From: Candidatus Enterousia sp. | GTDB lineage: Bacteria > Pseudomonadota > Alphaproteobacteria > Rs-D84 | Assembly (NCBI GenBank): GCA_045613315.1 | Contig: JAZLAV010000008.1 | Location: forward strand, 84,828 to 148,827 | Direction of reading: 5' to 3' | DNA: 64,000 nt | Shown here: piece by piece, positions 47,357-57,113 of the stretch | How positions within the stretch are numbered: the first letter of the stretch is position 1 | How the letters are laid out: each line of letters starts with the position of its first letter | Notes under the pieces: model-generated | The model's database searches: none | Told to the model about the DNA's origin: nothing | Seen by the model: the letters and a program-made list of their open reading frames with translations, nothing else | Made by a program: the position numbers and the translations under genes

Positions 47357-47827
47357 ATGGAAAAATATCCAATATCACGCAGTGGGTTTGATACACTGGT
47401 CAAAGAATTGAAAGATTTAAAGGAAGTGCAACGTCCCGAAATTCTTAAGACGGTTCAATGGGCGCGAAGCCTGGGCGATTTGTCGGAAAACGCAGATTAC
47501 AGCGCGGCCAAGGAAAAGCAACGTCAAATCGATAAACGTATCCAGTTTATCGAAGGGGTTATTGCAAATGCATCCGTTGTAGATGTTGAAAATTTAACCG
47601 GGAATCGGGTCGTGTTTGGCGCACGTGTCGTGGCCGAAGACGATGATGGCAACCAAATGCAATGTCGTATTTTGTCTGATATCGAAGCGGATGGTAAAAC
47701 CGTTATTTCGTGCAATTCGCCGGTGGGTCGTGCCATGATTGGCCGGTGTGTTGGGGATACATGTATCGTAAAATTACCCAGTGGGGAAAGGGAATACGAA
47801 ATTCTGGAAGTCAAATTCAGGGAATAA
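47357..47827 (+). CDS. greA: Transcription elongation factor GreA
   Basis: GDLSENADYSAAKE. Confidence 0.95.
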   Translation: MEKYPISRSGFDTLVKELKDLKEVQRPEILKTVQWARSLGDLSENADYSAAKEKQRQIDKRIQFIEGVIANASVVDVENLTGNRVVFGARVVAEDDDGNQMQCRILSDIEADGKTVISCNSPVGRAMIGRCVGDTCIVKLPSGEREYEILEVKFRE

Positions 47828-47833
47828 AGCACA

Positions 47834-49570
47834 ATGCCTGTTCGCGTTTTGCCCGATTTTTTGATAAACCAAATTGCCGCCGGCGAAGTGGTTGAACGTC
47901 CGGCGTCTGTGGTCAAAGAATTGGTGGAAAATGCGCTGGATGCGGGGGCCGATGAAATTGTGATAGATGTGTCCGACGGCGGGCGTACTATGATTTCCGT
48001 TATCGATAATGGGTCTGGTATGTCGCGGGACGATTTGTCACGGGCAATAATGCGGCATGCGACATCAAAATTGCCCGACGATGATTTGGGAAATATTACA
48101 TATATGGGATTTCGGGGCGAAGCGTTGCCGTCTATTGCATCTGTGGCCGATATGACAATCGATACATATAATGGCATGGATGAAAACGGGTGGCAAATGG
48201 ATTGTGACACGGGGGAAATTCGTCCGTCGGCGTGGCAAAATGGTACGCGTATTCGGGTTGAAAACCTTTTTAGGAAAACGCCTGCGCGGTTAAAGTTTTT
48301 GCGTGGCGACAGGTCGGAATTGGTATCGGTGCTGGATGTCGTAAAACAATTGGCAATGGCGCGCGGGGATGTTGGATTTACACTTAATAACAAATGGCGT
48401 TTCCCGAAAAACCAAAATACAGAAGAAAGAATCGCCGCCGTTATGGGGGATGATGTGGTGGGGCAAATGTTGCCTGTGGATGTGGCGTCCGGGTCGACCA
48501 ATATGCGTCTGGGCGGATTCATATCAAAACCAACACTGCGTCGTGCGTCATCGGCGGACCAATATTTATTTGTGAACAATCGACCGGTTAAAGACAAGGT
48601 TTTGGTGTCGGCTCTGCGGGCGGCATATATGGATGTTATGCATGCACGGGAATTTCCGTTGGCGGCGCTGTATCTGGAAATAGATTCGCGCGCGGTCGAT
48701 GTTAATGTGTCGCCGGCAAAAACAGATGTGCATTTTTTAGAACCAAATCATGTGCGCGCATTTATTATAAAATCGTTGCGCGATGTGTTGGCAAAAACAA
48801 TGAATGAAAATGTGGCGCAAAATATCGCAACCCCACAAAATGATGTACATAGCGCGGCCCCAATACATTTTAATATACCGCCCGTGCAACCGTGGCACGT
48901 GTCGGATAAAAAAACAAATATTCCAAATATATTCAATAAAATACCGTCCAAACCCGATAAACCGTTTGAGGTTGATTTTGCCACGGAAGACACACAAAAC
49001 ACAGATTTCCCGTTGGGACGTGTTATCGGCCAGGTTGGGAAAAAATATATCTTGGCACAAAGTGGCGAGCAGTTGGTAATTATTGACCAGCATGCCGCCC
49101 ATGAACGTATTACGTATGAACACCTGCGTCATCATACAATTAAAACGCAACCGCTGTTGACACCGATTGTCGTGAATATGCGTGCCGAAGATGTTGTGGC
49201 GGTGATGACCATTGTGGACGAGTTGCATAATTCGGGGCTGAATATTGGCGAATTTGGTGAAGATGCCATTGCCATATTTGAAAAGCCGGCCGATTGGGAT
49301 ATGGATTGGGTGGCACTTTTACACGATATCGCGGATGAAGTGCGTGCCAATGGTCATTCGTCCGAATTAAATGAAAAATTACATTTGAAATTGGCGAACT
49401 ATGCGTGCCATCACAGTGTGCGTGCCGGGCAAAAGTTGGATTGGGCGCAAATGGATGCGTTGTTGCGCGATATTGAAAATACGGAACGCGGTGGCGAATG
49501 TAATCACGGTCGGCCGGTATACAAATTTATACCGTTGACCGAAATAGACGGGTGGTTTGAACGGTCGTAA
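47834..49570 (+). CDS. mutL: DNA mismatch repair protein MutL
   Basis: INQIAAGEVVERPASVVKELVENALDAGA and the C-terminal QHAAHERI. Confidence 0.95.
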   Translation: MPVRVLPDFLINQIAAGEVVERPASVVKELVENALDAGADEIVIDVSDGGRTMISVIDNGSGMSRDDLSRAIMRHATSKLPDDDLGNITYMGFRGEALPSIASVADMTIDTYNGMDENGWQMDCDTGEIRPSAWQNGTRIRVENLFRKTPARLKFLRGDRSELVSVLDVVKQLAMARGDVGFTLNNKWRFPKNQNTEERIAAVMGDDVVGQMLPVDVASGSTNMRLGGFISKPTLRRASSADQYLFVNNRPVKDKVLVSALRAAYMDVMHAREFPLAALYLEIDSRAVDVNVSPAKTDVHFLEPNHVRAFIIKSLRDVLAKTMNENVAQNIATPQNDVHSAAPIHFNIPPVQPWHVSDKKTNIPNIFNKIPSKPDKPFEVDFATEDTQNTDFPLGRVIGQVGKKYILAQSGEQLVIIDQHAAHERITYEHLRHHTIKTQPLLTPIVVNMRAEDVVAVMTIVDELHNSGLNIGEFGEDAIAIFEKPADWDMDWVALLHDIADEVRANGHSSELNEKLHLKLANYACHHSVRAGQKLDWAQMDALLRDIENTERGGECNHGRPVYKFIPLTEIDGWFERS

Positions 49571-49664
49571 ATGGGGATGGGGTGGTGGCGCTTTTTATGC
49601 TTTACACCCGGGGGATTTTTTACTATTCTGAACACCATGAAATAACAAGACAAGGAGAAAAATA

Positions 49665-49973
49665 ATGGAACAAGTGACCATCGATAGTGTGAATAATGCC
49701 ACACAGGTTGCCCAAACGGGTAATGTTTGGGGGATGGTGTTGTATTGTGCGGTTATTTTTGGCGTAATATATTTATTTATTGTGCGACCAAATAAAAAGC
49801 GCATGGCTGAATATCAAAAAATGCTGGATTCGCTGGCGGTTGGAAATCGTGTTTTGGCGGCTGGTATCTATGGTACCATTAAAAAGATAGGGGATACAAC
49901 AATCGATGTTGAAATTGCCCATGGCGTCGTTGTCACGGTAAATAAAAACGCGGTTGCGAATGTTGAAAAGTAA
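49665..49973 (+). CDS. yajC: Preprotein translocase subunit YajC
   Basis: Single TM segment, plus GNRVLAAGIYGTIKKI. Confidence 0.85.
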   Translation: MEQVTIDSVNNATQVAQTGNVWGMVLYCAVIFGVIYLFIVRPNKKRMAEYQKMLDSLAVGNRVLAAGIYGTIKKIGDTTIDVEIAHGVVVTVNKNAVANVEK

Positions 49974-49985
49974 TCTAAAGAGGTA

Positions 49986-51551
49986 ATGGTTATGTTGAAA
50001 AAATTGGCAATAATTTTTGTTGCGGTGTTTGGGGTTTTGTTGGCGGTGCCAACATTTGTGCCGGGGGCTTCTTCGTATTTTCCATCGTGGGTTCGTCCGG
50101 TGCCGTTGGGATTGGACCTTAAAGGTGGGGCGCAACTTTTATTGGAAGTTGACACGGATACAATGTTTCACGACAAGGCCAACCAGTTATATGACGATGT
50201 TCGTTCTGCGCTGATTGACAGAAACAAGGGTGTTATTCGTTTTTCTGATTTGCGTAACAACAATGGTGTAATTTCTTTTCGTGTTCGTGAATCGGGCGAT
50301 GTGTCGTCGGCCAAGGGACGTTTGAAAAGCGTTCTGGGGAATACCGTGGATATGGAATCGGATGGTGATGTGATTACGTTGTCGTATTCTGAAAAGCAAC
50401 GGGCCGAAATGATTCAGGATGCGTTGGCGCGCAGTATCGAAATTGTGCGTCGTCGTATAGATGCGCTGGGGACCAAGGAACCGTCAATTCAATCCCAGGG
50501 CGGTAAATATATTTTGGTGCAATTGCCGGGGGTTGATAATCCAGAACACATCAAAGATTTGATTGGCCAAACCGCAAAAATGACTTTCCATTTGGTAAAT
50601 GAAAATGTATCGCCAGAACAGTTGGCATCGGGTCGTGCGCCAAGTGGTACGGAATTTTTACCATATATGGATATGCCGGACCAGGTGGTGCCGGTTTATT
50701 CCCGTATAGAAGTATCCGGTGAAAGTTTAAAGGATTCCCAGGCGGATTTTGACCAACATAATATGCCGGTTGTGACGACTGTGTTTGATGCAACGGGTGC
50801 GCGCAAATTTGCGAAATTAACAACCGAGCACGTGAACGAACGGTTTGCAATCGTTTTGGACGGCAAAGTTTTGTCGGCACCAAATATTCGTGAGCCAATA
50901 CCGGGCGGTCGTGGCCAAATTTCCGGCGGATTCACGTTGCAGGGTGCGAAAGACTTGGCGGTGCTGTTGCGGTCGGGGGCGTTGCCTGCGCCGTTAACGG
51001 TTATCGAAGAACGCACGGTTGGGGCCGGTTTGGGGGCGGATACAATTGCATCCGGGACCACCGGGGCCGCGGTCGGCGTGTTGTTTATTATGCTGTTTAT
51101 GTTGTTGGTGTATCGTGGTTTCGGTATGATTGCCAATGTGGTTTTGATTGTGAATTTGGCGATGATTGTTGGCGTGTCTGCGTTGTTTGGTGCAACAATG
51201 ACATTGCCAGGTATTGCCGGTATCGTGTTGACGTTGGGCATGGCGGTGGACGCGAATATTTTGCCGTTTGAACGTATTCGCGATGAAATTCGCGCCGGTG
51301 TCCCGACGTTGCGTGCGGTTGATGTTGGGTTCCATCGTTCGAACAAGGCCGTTTTGGATGGCGAGTTAACAAATCTTATTTGTGCATTAATTCTGTTCCA
51401 ATTTGGCGCAGGCCCAATTCGTGGTTTTGCCGTTACATTATCAATCGGTGTTATGACAACATTGTTCACATGTATGTTGTTGTCCAAAGTTATCATAGAT
51501 TGGTACATGGGGGGCAAAAACAGAAAAATCGGTTATGTAAAAACAAAATAA
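49986..51551 (+). CDS. secD: Protein translocase subunit SecD
   Basis: LGLDLKGG, a large periplasmic domain, and a C-terminal 5-TM bundle. Confidence 0.92.
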   Translation: MVMLKKLAIIFVAVFGVLLAVPTFVPGASSYFPSWVRPVPLGLDLKGGAQLLLEVDTDTMFHDKANQLYDDVRSALIDRNKGVIRFSDLRNNNGVISFRVRESGDVSSAKGRLKSVLGNTVDMESDGDVITLSYSEKQRAEMIQDALARSIEIVRRRIDALGTKEPSIQSQGGKYILVQLPGVDNPEHIKDLIGQTAKMTFHLVNENVSPEQLASGRAPSGTEFLPYMDMPDQVVPVYSRIEVSGESLKDSQADFDQHNMPVVTTVFDATGARKFAKLTTEHVNERFAIVLDGKVLSAPNIREPIPGGRGQISGGFTLQGAKDLAVLLRSGALPAPLTVIEERTVGAGLGADTIASGTTGAAVGVLFIMLFMLLVYRGFGMIANVVLIVNLAMIVGVSALFGATMTLPGIAGIVLTLGMAVDANILPFERIRDEIRAGVPTLRAVDVGFHRSNKAVLDGELTNLICALILFQFGAGPIRGFAVTLSIGVMTTLFTCMLLSKVIIDWYMGGKNRKIGYVKTK

Positions 51552-51571
51552 AAAATGCAAAGGAGATAGTG

Positions 51572-52435
51572 ATGAAACTGCATTTTATGAAATATCGTAA
51601 ATTATCATACTGGGTTTCCGGTATATTGGTTGTGTTGTCGATTTTGGCGCTGTGCTTCAAGGGATTGAATTATGGTATTGATTTTGCTGGTGGTATTTCG
51701 ATGGAGGTGACGCCGGTTAATGCCGAATTTACCATCGATAAAATGCGTACAGAATTGGCCAGTTTTAGCCCGGAATTACAGGCAATTGATGGTGGGTCGG
51801 TACTGGTGCGTATTGGTTTGCCCAAGGGCGCGACCGATGCCATGCAAAACGAACGCGTTCGTGAAATCAAAAACATTTTGGGTGAAAATGTTCAATATTC
51901 CCAGGTACAAATCGTTGGGCCAAAAATCGGTGGCGAATTGGTTCGCGGGGGTATTTTGGCTATTTTGGTTTCGTTTATTTTAATGAGTGTGTATATCTGG
52001 ATTCGGTATCGTGGTGGTTATGCGGTCGGGTCCTTTGTGTCGTTATTGTTGGACTTTGTGTTGATGTTTGGGTTCTTTTCTATTGCGAACCTGGAATTTA
52101 ACCAGACGGCAATTGCGGTTATTTTGATGGGTATTGGATATTCCATAAATGATAAGGTTGTAAATTATGATCGTATCGATGAAAATATTAAAAAATATCA
52201 CAAAATGCCGATGAACGACCTTATTGATTTGTCGGTCAATGAAATGTTAAGTCGTACGATTATGACCAGTGTTTCAACCATTTTGGGTTTGATTGGTATT
52301 TATATCTTTGGAAACCAGATGCTGCGCGAATTTGCAATTGCCATGACGTTTTCAATCCTTATGGGAACCGCGACCAGTATTTATATTTCTAATGTTATTT
52401 TGTATCACTTTAATTTGCGTGAAACAAAATATTAA
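51572..52435 (+). CDS. secF: Protein translocase subunit SecF
   Basis: ORF from 51380, but the SD AGGAGA precedes the ATG at 51572. GIDFAGG. Confidence 0.9.
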   Translation: MKLHFMKYRKLSYWVSGILVVLSILALCFKGLNYGIDFAGGISMEVTPVNAEFTIDKMRTELASFSPELQAIDGGSVLVRIGLPKGATDAMQNERVREIKNILGENVQYSQVQIVGPKIGGELVRGGILAILVSFILMSVYIWIRYRGGYAVGSFVSLLLDFVLMFGFFSIANLEFNQTAIAVILMGIGYSINDKVVNYDRIDENIKKYHKMPMNDLIDLSVNEMLSRTIMTSVSTILGLIGIYIFGNQMLREFAIAMTFSILMGTATSIYISNVILYHFNLRETKY

Positions 52436-52463
52436 TGCCAAAAAACGGGACAGGGGGGCGACA

Positions 52464-54002
52464 ATGAAAGTTCAAAGTGCAAAAAGTAAAGTCCAAATGA
52501 TTGCAAAACTGTTTGCGATTTGTGTTGCGTTGTCGCCGGTGTCAGCCGTTCGTGCCGATGGTCTGTTTTTTCCCGATGAACCGGTCCAGGACGGATTACA
52601 TGTGTTTGATATGTCGAACACATTTGCCGATATTTATGAAAAACTGGATTCTGTTAAATGGGGCGGGCGTGATATAAATGTTGCGATTGAAAGCTTGGAA
52701 AACTTGAATAAAAACGCACATATTGCGGCGACCGATGAACGTGTTGTGTTGGTGTGGGGTGATTCAATTATTGCAAACTATCCACGTCCCGCGGCCCATG
52801 ATTGGAATGGATTTGGCGAGATTACAACCGCGCTGGTATTAAAACTGCGTGCAAATGACCCGTCCTTGCGTAATGCGACCGAAAGCGAAACATATCAATT
52901 GGTGATGGACGCGTTGATGCGCGGAATAGACGAACGTGGTCGTTATATCTTTTCCAAACGGGCCGAAATAGCCGAAGATGGCCGCATTTTAACCAGTGTC
53001 GGATTAAACGGTGCGCGCGATGCGCGGGGTAATTTTCGTGTTCATGGGGTTTTCAAGGGCTCGCCGGCGGATGCCGCGGGGGTGCACAGTGGTGATTTGA
53101 TTGCGGAAATAAATGGTGTTGCGGTTGCCGATATGTCTGATGATGAAATAGAAGCATTTACAACCGGTTATAATTCCGGCACGTCCAAGGTGCGTTTAAT
53201 AACCCCATCGGGCGCGCGTGATGTCGTGCTGCGTCGGGCAACAATTGTTTTGGCGGATGTGGATGTTGTGCACCGCGCGGGGGATGATGATTCGGGGGGT
53301 ATACTGGAAATTGTTGTACATAATATATCGGATGGCGCTGTTAATATTGTAAACGAAACGTTGGCGCGTTTCCCGGATGTTTCGGGAATAATTTTAGATT
53401 TGCGTGCCGCAACGGGTGATGATGAACGTGCGGTTGCGAAATTGGCGGGGCTTTTTATCGGGCAAGAACCGGTTATGCGTATCGCCCAGACCGCCACCGA
53501 AGAAGTCGAAGTTGTGCCCGGTGCGAATGCGGTCACAGATACGCCGGTGGTCGTTTTGATGTCTGATATGACACGTGGTACGGCCGAAGCATTGGCCGCG
53601 GCATTTTATGAAAACGGTCGTGGCGTTTTGGTTGGCACGCCAACGGCGGGATTGGCGCGAATTGCAACACGAATTGATTTGGATAACGGTGGGGCGTTGG
53701 AATTGATGAATAAATCTATCAAAACCGGAACGGGGCGTGACATAGACGGTCGCGGGGTGTTCCCGATTGTGTGTCTTTCCAACATTCGGACCAGCCAACA
53801 ACAAAATGCATTTTTCCTTAATGTGTTAAACAACTATTTCAAAGCGACCGATTTTAATAAAATGGCAAATGTAAATGTTGCGGACATTCGTCGTGGGTGC
53901 CCGGTAATAACCAGTGGCGCAGATGAAGACGCGACGGCTGCTGCGGTTGCTGTCAAAATTTTGACCGATCGCAAGGTATATAATCGTTTGATCGCAGAAT
54001 AA
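52464..54002 (+). CDS. S41 (C-terminal processing peptidase)-like protein with PDZ domain; the catalytic dyad appears to be substituted
   Basis: Signal peptide. PDZ GVFKGSPADAAGVHSGDLIAEING. In the S41 core region, TRGTAEA replaces SASASE and TAGLA replaces TFGKG. Confidence 0.6.
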   Translation: MKVQSAKSKVQMIAKLFAICVALSPVSAVRADGLFFPDEPVQDGLHVFDMSNTFADIYEKLDSVKWGGRDINVAIESLENLNKNAHIAATDERVVLVWGDSIIANYPRPAAHDWNGFGEITTALVLKLRANDPSLRNATESETYQLVMDALMRGIDERGRYIFSKRAEIAEDGRILTSVGLNGARDARGNFRVHGVFKGSPADAAGVHSGDLIAEINGVAVADMSDDEIEAFTTGYNSGTSKVRLITPSGARDVVLRRATIVLADVDVVHRAGDDDSGGILEIVVHNISDGAVNIVNETLARFPDVSGIILDLRAATGDDERAVAKLAGLFIGQEPVMRIAQTATEEVEVVPGANAVTDTPVVVLMSDMTRGTAEALAAAFYENGRGVLVGTPTAGLARIATRIDLDNGGALELMNKSIKTGTGRDIDGRGVFPIVCLSNIRTSQQQNAFFLNVLNNYFKATDFNKMANVNVADIRRGCPVITSGADEDATAAAVAVKILTDRKVYNRLIAE

Positions 54003-54015
54003 AAAGGATATAAAT

Positions 54016-54699
54016 ATGTTTTTGACGCCTGATAATAAATTAAAGACAAAATTGTTGGTATACGGTGCCGTTGTGACGGCCGGGTTGGTGGCGGCGGGGA
54101 TGTTGTGGTTTGATAAGCCGTTATATGTTTTGCTGCGCAAAATAGATTGTGGTGCGTGGACGGTGTTTGGACATATTTTTGATGTGTGGGTTTGGTTAAT
54201 TTTAACCGCGCTTTTGTTGTTGGTGGTTTATGTAAAAAAATCTGTCGAATCAGGCGTTAAATACAAAAATGTGAAAAGTCAGTTCAGTTTGGTTGCCGTT
54301 GTGCGTGACTTTATGGGCAAGGTGCGAACAAATTATGCATTTTTGATTTTTTCATCGGTGTTGTCTGCGGGCATTGTCGCAAAAATAATCAAAGTTTGTG
54401 TCGGTCGTTTTCGTCCCATATTTTTCGAGGCCCTTGGCATAACAGGTTTTCGTCCGTTTTCATTTGAATGGGCGTTTAATTCCATGCCGTCAGGTCATAC
54501 AACCGCAACATTTGCGGGTTTGGTTATGGCTGGGATGTTGGCACCAAAAATTAAACCCATTACATGGACATTGGCAATAATTGTTGGCGTGTCGCGTGTG
54601 GCGACGGGCGCACATTGGCCAACAGATGTTATATTGGGCGCATTTATCGGTATGGTCACCGCAGATTTAGTAAAATGTTGGGCATTTAAACGTAAATGA
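54016..54699 (+). CDS. PAP2-family lipid phosphatase
   Basis: KVCVGRFRP, PSGHT, and SRVATGAHWPTDV. Confidence 0.85.
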   Translation: MFLTPDNKLKTKLLVYGAVVTAGLVAAGMLWFDKPLYVLLRKIDCGAWTVFGHIFDVWVWLILTALLLLVVYVKKSVESGVKYKNVKSQFSLVAVVRDFMGKVRTNYAFLIFSSVLSAGIVAKIIKVCVGRFRPIFFEALGITGFRPFSFEWAFNSMPSGHTTATFAGLVMAGMLAPKIKPITWTLAIIVGVSRVATGAHWPTDVILGAFIGMVTADLVKCWAFKRK

Positions 54700-54703
54700 T
54701 ATT

Positions 54704-54731
54704 ACCGCCATATTTGGCGGTTTATTTTTTT
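54704..54731 (+). terminator. Rho-independent terminator
   Basis: ACCGCCA TATT TGGCGGT followed by a T-run. Confidence 0.8.
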
Positions 54732-54776
54732 AAATCAGACTAACACTTTCGGTTTTTTTATGATAAAATACATCAT

Positions 54777-56993
54777 ATGAAGTCGCAATCCAGGTTTTTA
54801 CCAGAAAGTGTATCGGGCGCAATTAACGCGTTCCTTAGACGCATGTTGGGTGTGGTGATTTTGTGCGTCGGTTTAATAATGATGTTTGGAATGGTGTTTC
54901 ATAATTCTTATTTGGATGGGTTTGCATGCGCGTCAACATTTGGTAGTCAATCGTTTGTTGGTAATGTGGTTGGATTTGTGCGATATATCATCGGGTTCGT
55001 TCCAACGTTGTTTTTATTATTATGTATGATGCGTTGGGGGGTGTTTTTAGCGATGAATTGGGTCGCTGAATTTGCACCTGAATATAATGTGTTGCGTGGG
55101 TTTATCGCGATGTGTGCCGGTGCGGCGGGTTTTGGGTTGATTGCGCCCGGGGGGGCATTTGGTGGATTGGTTGGTTCAATCGTGGCGGCGGATGTGGGCG
55201 CGTTGATTGGTGATTGGTGTGTTTTGGTCGGTATGGTATGTATGGGATTATTCATATATATGGGGTCGGTGTTATTACATATTAAATTATCACATGTGCA
55301 ATCGGTGGTGGCAATGGTGTGGCGTGCGGTGCGTTGGGCGTTATCGTTGTTCCATTTAATACCGCCGGCGGAAACGGATGACGAATACCCAGAAGAAGAG
55401 GTCGAAGAAGAGGAAGAAGTAGAAGAAGAACCCGATGCGGCAGAGGCGCCAAAACGTAAATCGCGTGCGGTGAAAAAACGCGCCCCGGTAAAACGCACCG
55501 ATGGCGAATATGAAATGCCCGACCCAATGTTGTTAGAGGCATCAAATTTCGGTAAAAATGTTGTGACCCCCGAATTGCGTCGCCAGGCGACAATGCTGGA
55601 AACACATTTTGCGGAATATGGTGTGCACGGCAAAGTGGAAAATATTAAACCGGGTCCGATTGTCACACTTTACGAATTTTTGCCCGATGCCGGTATGCGT
55701 ATCGCGCGTATAACCGATACTGTCAAGGACATGACCCGTGCCATGGCCACCGCCAGTATTCGTATCGCGCCGTTGCCGTGTTCCAATTATATCGGGGTTG
55801 AAGTTGCAAATGTTGACCCACATACCGTGCGATACCGCGATTTGATGGAAAATGATGTGTTCGTTAATTCTAAATATAAGATACCGCTGGGGCTGGGGGT
55901 GAATATTGGTGGCGAAGCGATGTATTTCGATTTGGCAAAAATGCCGCATATGTTGGTGGCGGGACGTACTGGATCCGGTAAATCTGTGTTTGTCCAATCG
56001 ATAATCACATCCATTGTGTATCACTTTACGCCCGACAAATGTAAATTACTTATTATTGATCCCAAGGGGGTGGACTTTGGGTTCTGGGATGATATACCGC
56101 ACCTTATTACACCAATCGTGAAATTGGATCCGGCGCCGGCGGTTAACGCACTTAAATGGGCGGTGCGCGAAATGGACGACCGGTATAAACAATTACAATT
56201 ATTAAACGCACAAAATATCGAACAATATAATAATGCAGTGGGCAAAAAACGAGACGCAGGCGAAACATTAACGCGCCAGGTTGCAATCGGCAAAGATGAA
56301 GAAACCGGCGAATTGTTATTTGAGACCCAGGAAGTAGATTTGTCCGATATGCCATACATCGTCATTATTATTGACGAGGTCGCAGATTTGATGTCTGTTG
56401 CGCGTAAAGAGGTCGAGGCCTGTGTCCAGCGTATCGCGCAAAAGGCACGTGCGGCGGGGATTCATCTGGTTATGGCGACCCAGCGCCCAGACGCGACAAC
56501 CATTACTGGCGTTATCAAGGCGAATTTCCCAACACGTTTGTCGTTCCAGGCCAGTAGTCGTATCGATTCAATGACAACACTGGGGACAACCGGTGCGGAA
56601 CAGTTGTTGGGGCGGGGTGATATGTTATTCAGTGAAGGTGGCAAGGCCCCGGTCCGTATCCATGCTGCATTTATTGATAACCCCGAATTGGAAAAGATTG
56701 GTGATTTCCTGCGCTCCCAGGGCGAACCAGAATATAACGCCGGTGTTACGGCGTCGGCCGATGATATGGATGGTGGTGCGGGTGTTGGTGGTGGCGCACC
56801 CACCGGTGGCAAGGGTGACGACCTTTATTCCCAAGCGATTGAAATCGTGCGTCGTGATAAAAAGGCAACGACATCATATTTACAACGCCGGCTGGGTATC
56901 GGGTATAACAAGGCCGCCGGTTTGATTGAACGTATGGAACAAGACGGAATTATAAGTGCCGCAGATTCCCATAACAAGCGCGAGATTTTCTAA
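54777..56993 (+). CDS. ftsK: DNA translocase FtsK
   Basis: N-terminal TM domain and an acidic linker. Walker A GRTGSGKSV, IIIDEVADL, and the gamma domain TSYLQRRLGIGYNKAAGLIERME. Confidence 0.95.
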   Translation: MKSQSRFLPESVSGAINAFLRRMLGVVILCVGLIMMFGMVFHNSYLDGFACASTFGSQSFVGNVVGFVRYIIGFVPTLFLLLCMMRWGVFLAMNWVAEFAPEYNVLRGFIAMCAGAAGFGLIAPGGAFGGLVGSIVAADVGALIGDWCVLVGMVCMGLFIYMGSVLLHIKLSHVQSVVAMVWRAVRWALSLFHLIPPAETDDEYPEEEVEEEEEVEEEPDAAEAPKRKSRAVKKRAPVKRTDGEYEMPDPMLLEASNFGKNVVTPELRRQATMLETHFAEYGVHGKVENIKPGPIVTLYEFLPDAGMRIARITDTVKDMTRAMATASIRIAPLPCSNYIGVEVANVDPHTVRYRDLMENDVFVNSKYKIPLGLGVNIGGEAMYFDLAKMPHMLVAGRTGSGKSVFVQSIITSIVYHFTPDKCKLLIIDPKGVDFGFWDDIPHLITPIVKLDPAPAVNALKWAVREMDDRYKQLQLLNAQNIEQYNNAVGKKRDAGETLTRQVAIGKDEETGELLFETQEVDLSDMPYIVIIIDEVADLMSVARKEVEACVQRIAQKARAAGIHLVMATQRPDATTITGVIKANFPTRLSFQASSRIDSMTTLGTTGAEQLLGRGDMLFSEGGKAPVRIHAAFIDNPELEKIGDFLRSQGEPEYNAGVTASADDMDGGAGVGGGAPTGGKGDDLYSQAIEIVRRDKKATTSYLQRRLGIGYNKAAGLIERMEQDGIISAADSHNKREIF

Positions 56994-56995
56994 AA

Positions 56996-57022
56996 GAAAA
57001 AACGCCCGCACGGGCGTTTTTT
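56996..57022 (+). terminator. Rho-independent terminator
   Basis: CGCCC GCAC GGGCG followed by TTTTTT. Confidence 0.8.
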
Positions 57023-57113
57023 ATGCACCGAATCCTGTAATTTGGCCACCACTTTTAATCTTTTTTTCTGTTCCTTTTTATGATATAATATCAACCAAAA
57101 GGAGAAATATATT

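Noticed and set aside
47524-48597. 357-aa ORF on the minus strand
   Set aside because: It is antisense to the greA 3' end and the mutL 5' half, both of which have unmistakable motifs. Its product is low-complexity (Ser/Thr/Ile/Arg-rich) with no start context. It is a shadow ORF.
55375-55445. GAA/GAG-rich repeat encoding EEEVEEEEEVEEE
   Set aside because: It lies in the variable linker of FtsK, where acidic or Pro-rich low-complexity sequence is normal.
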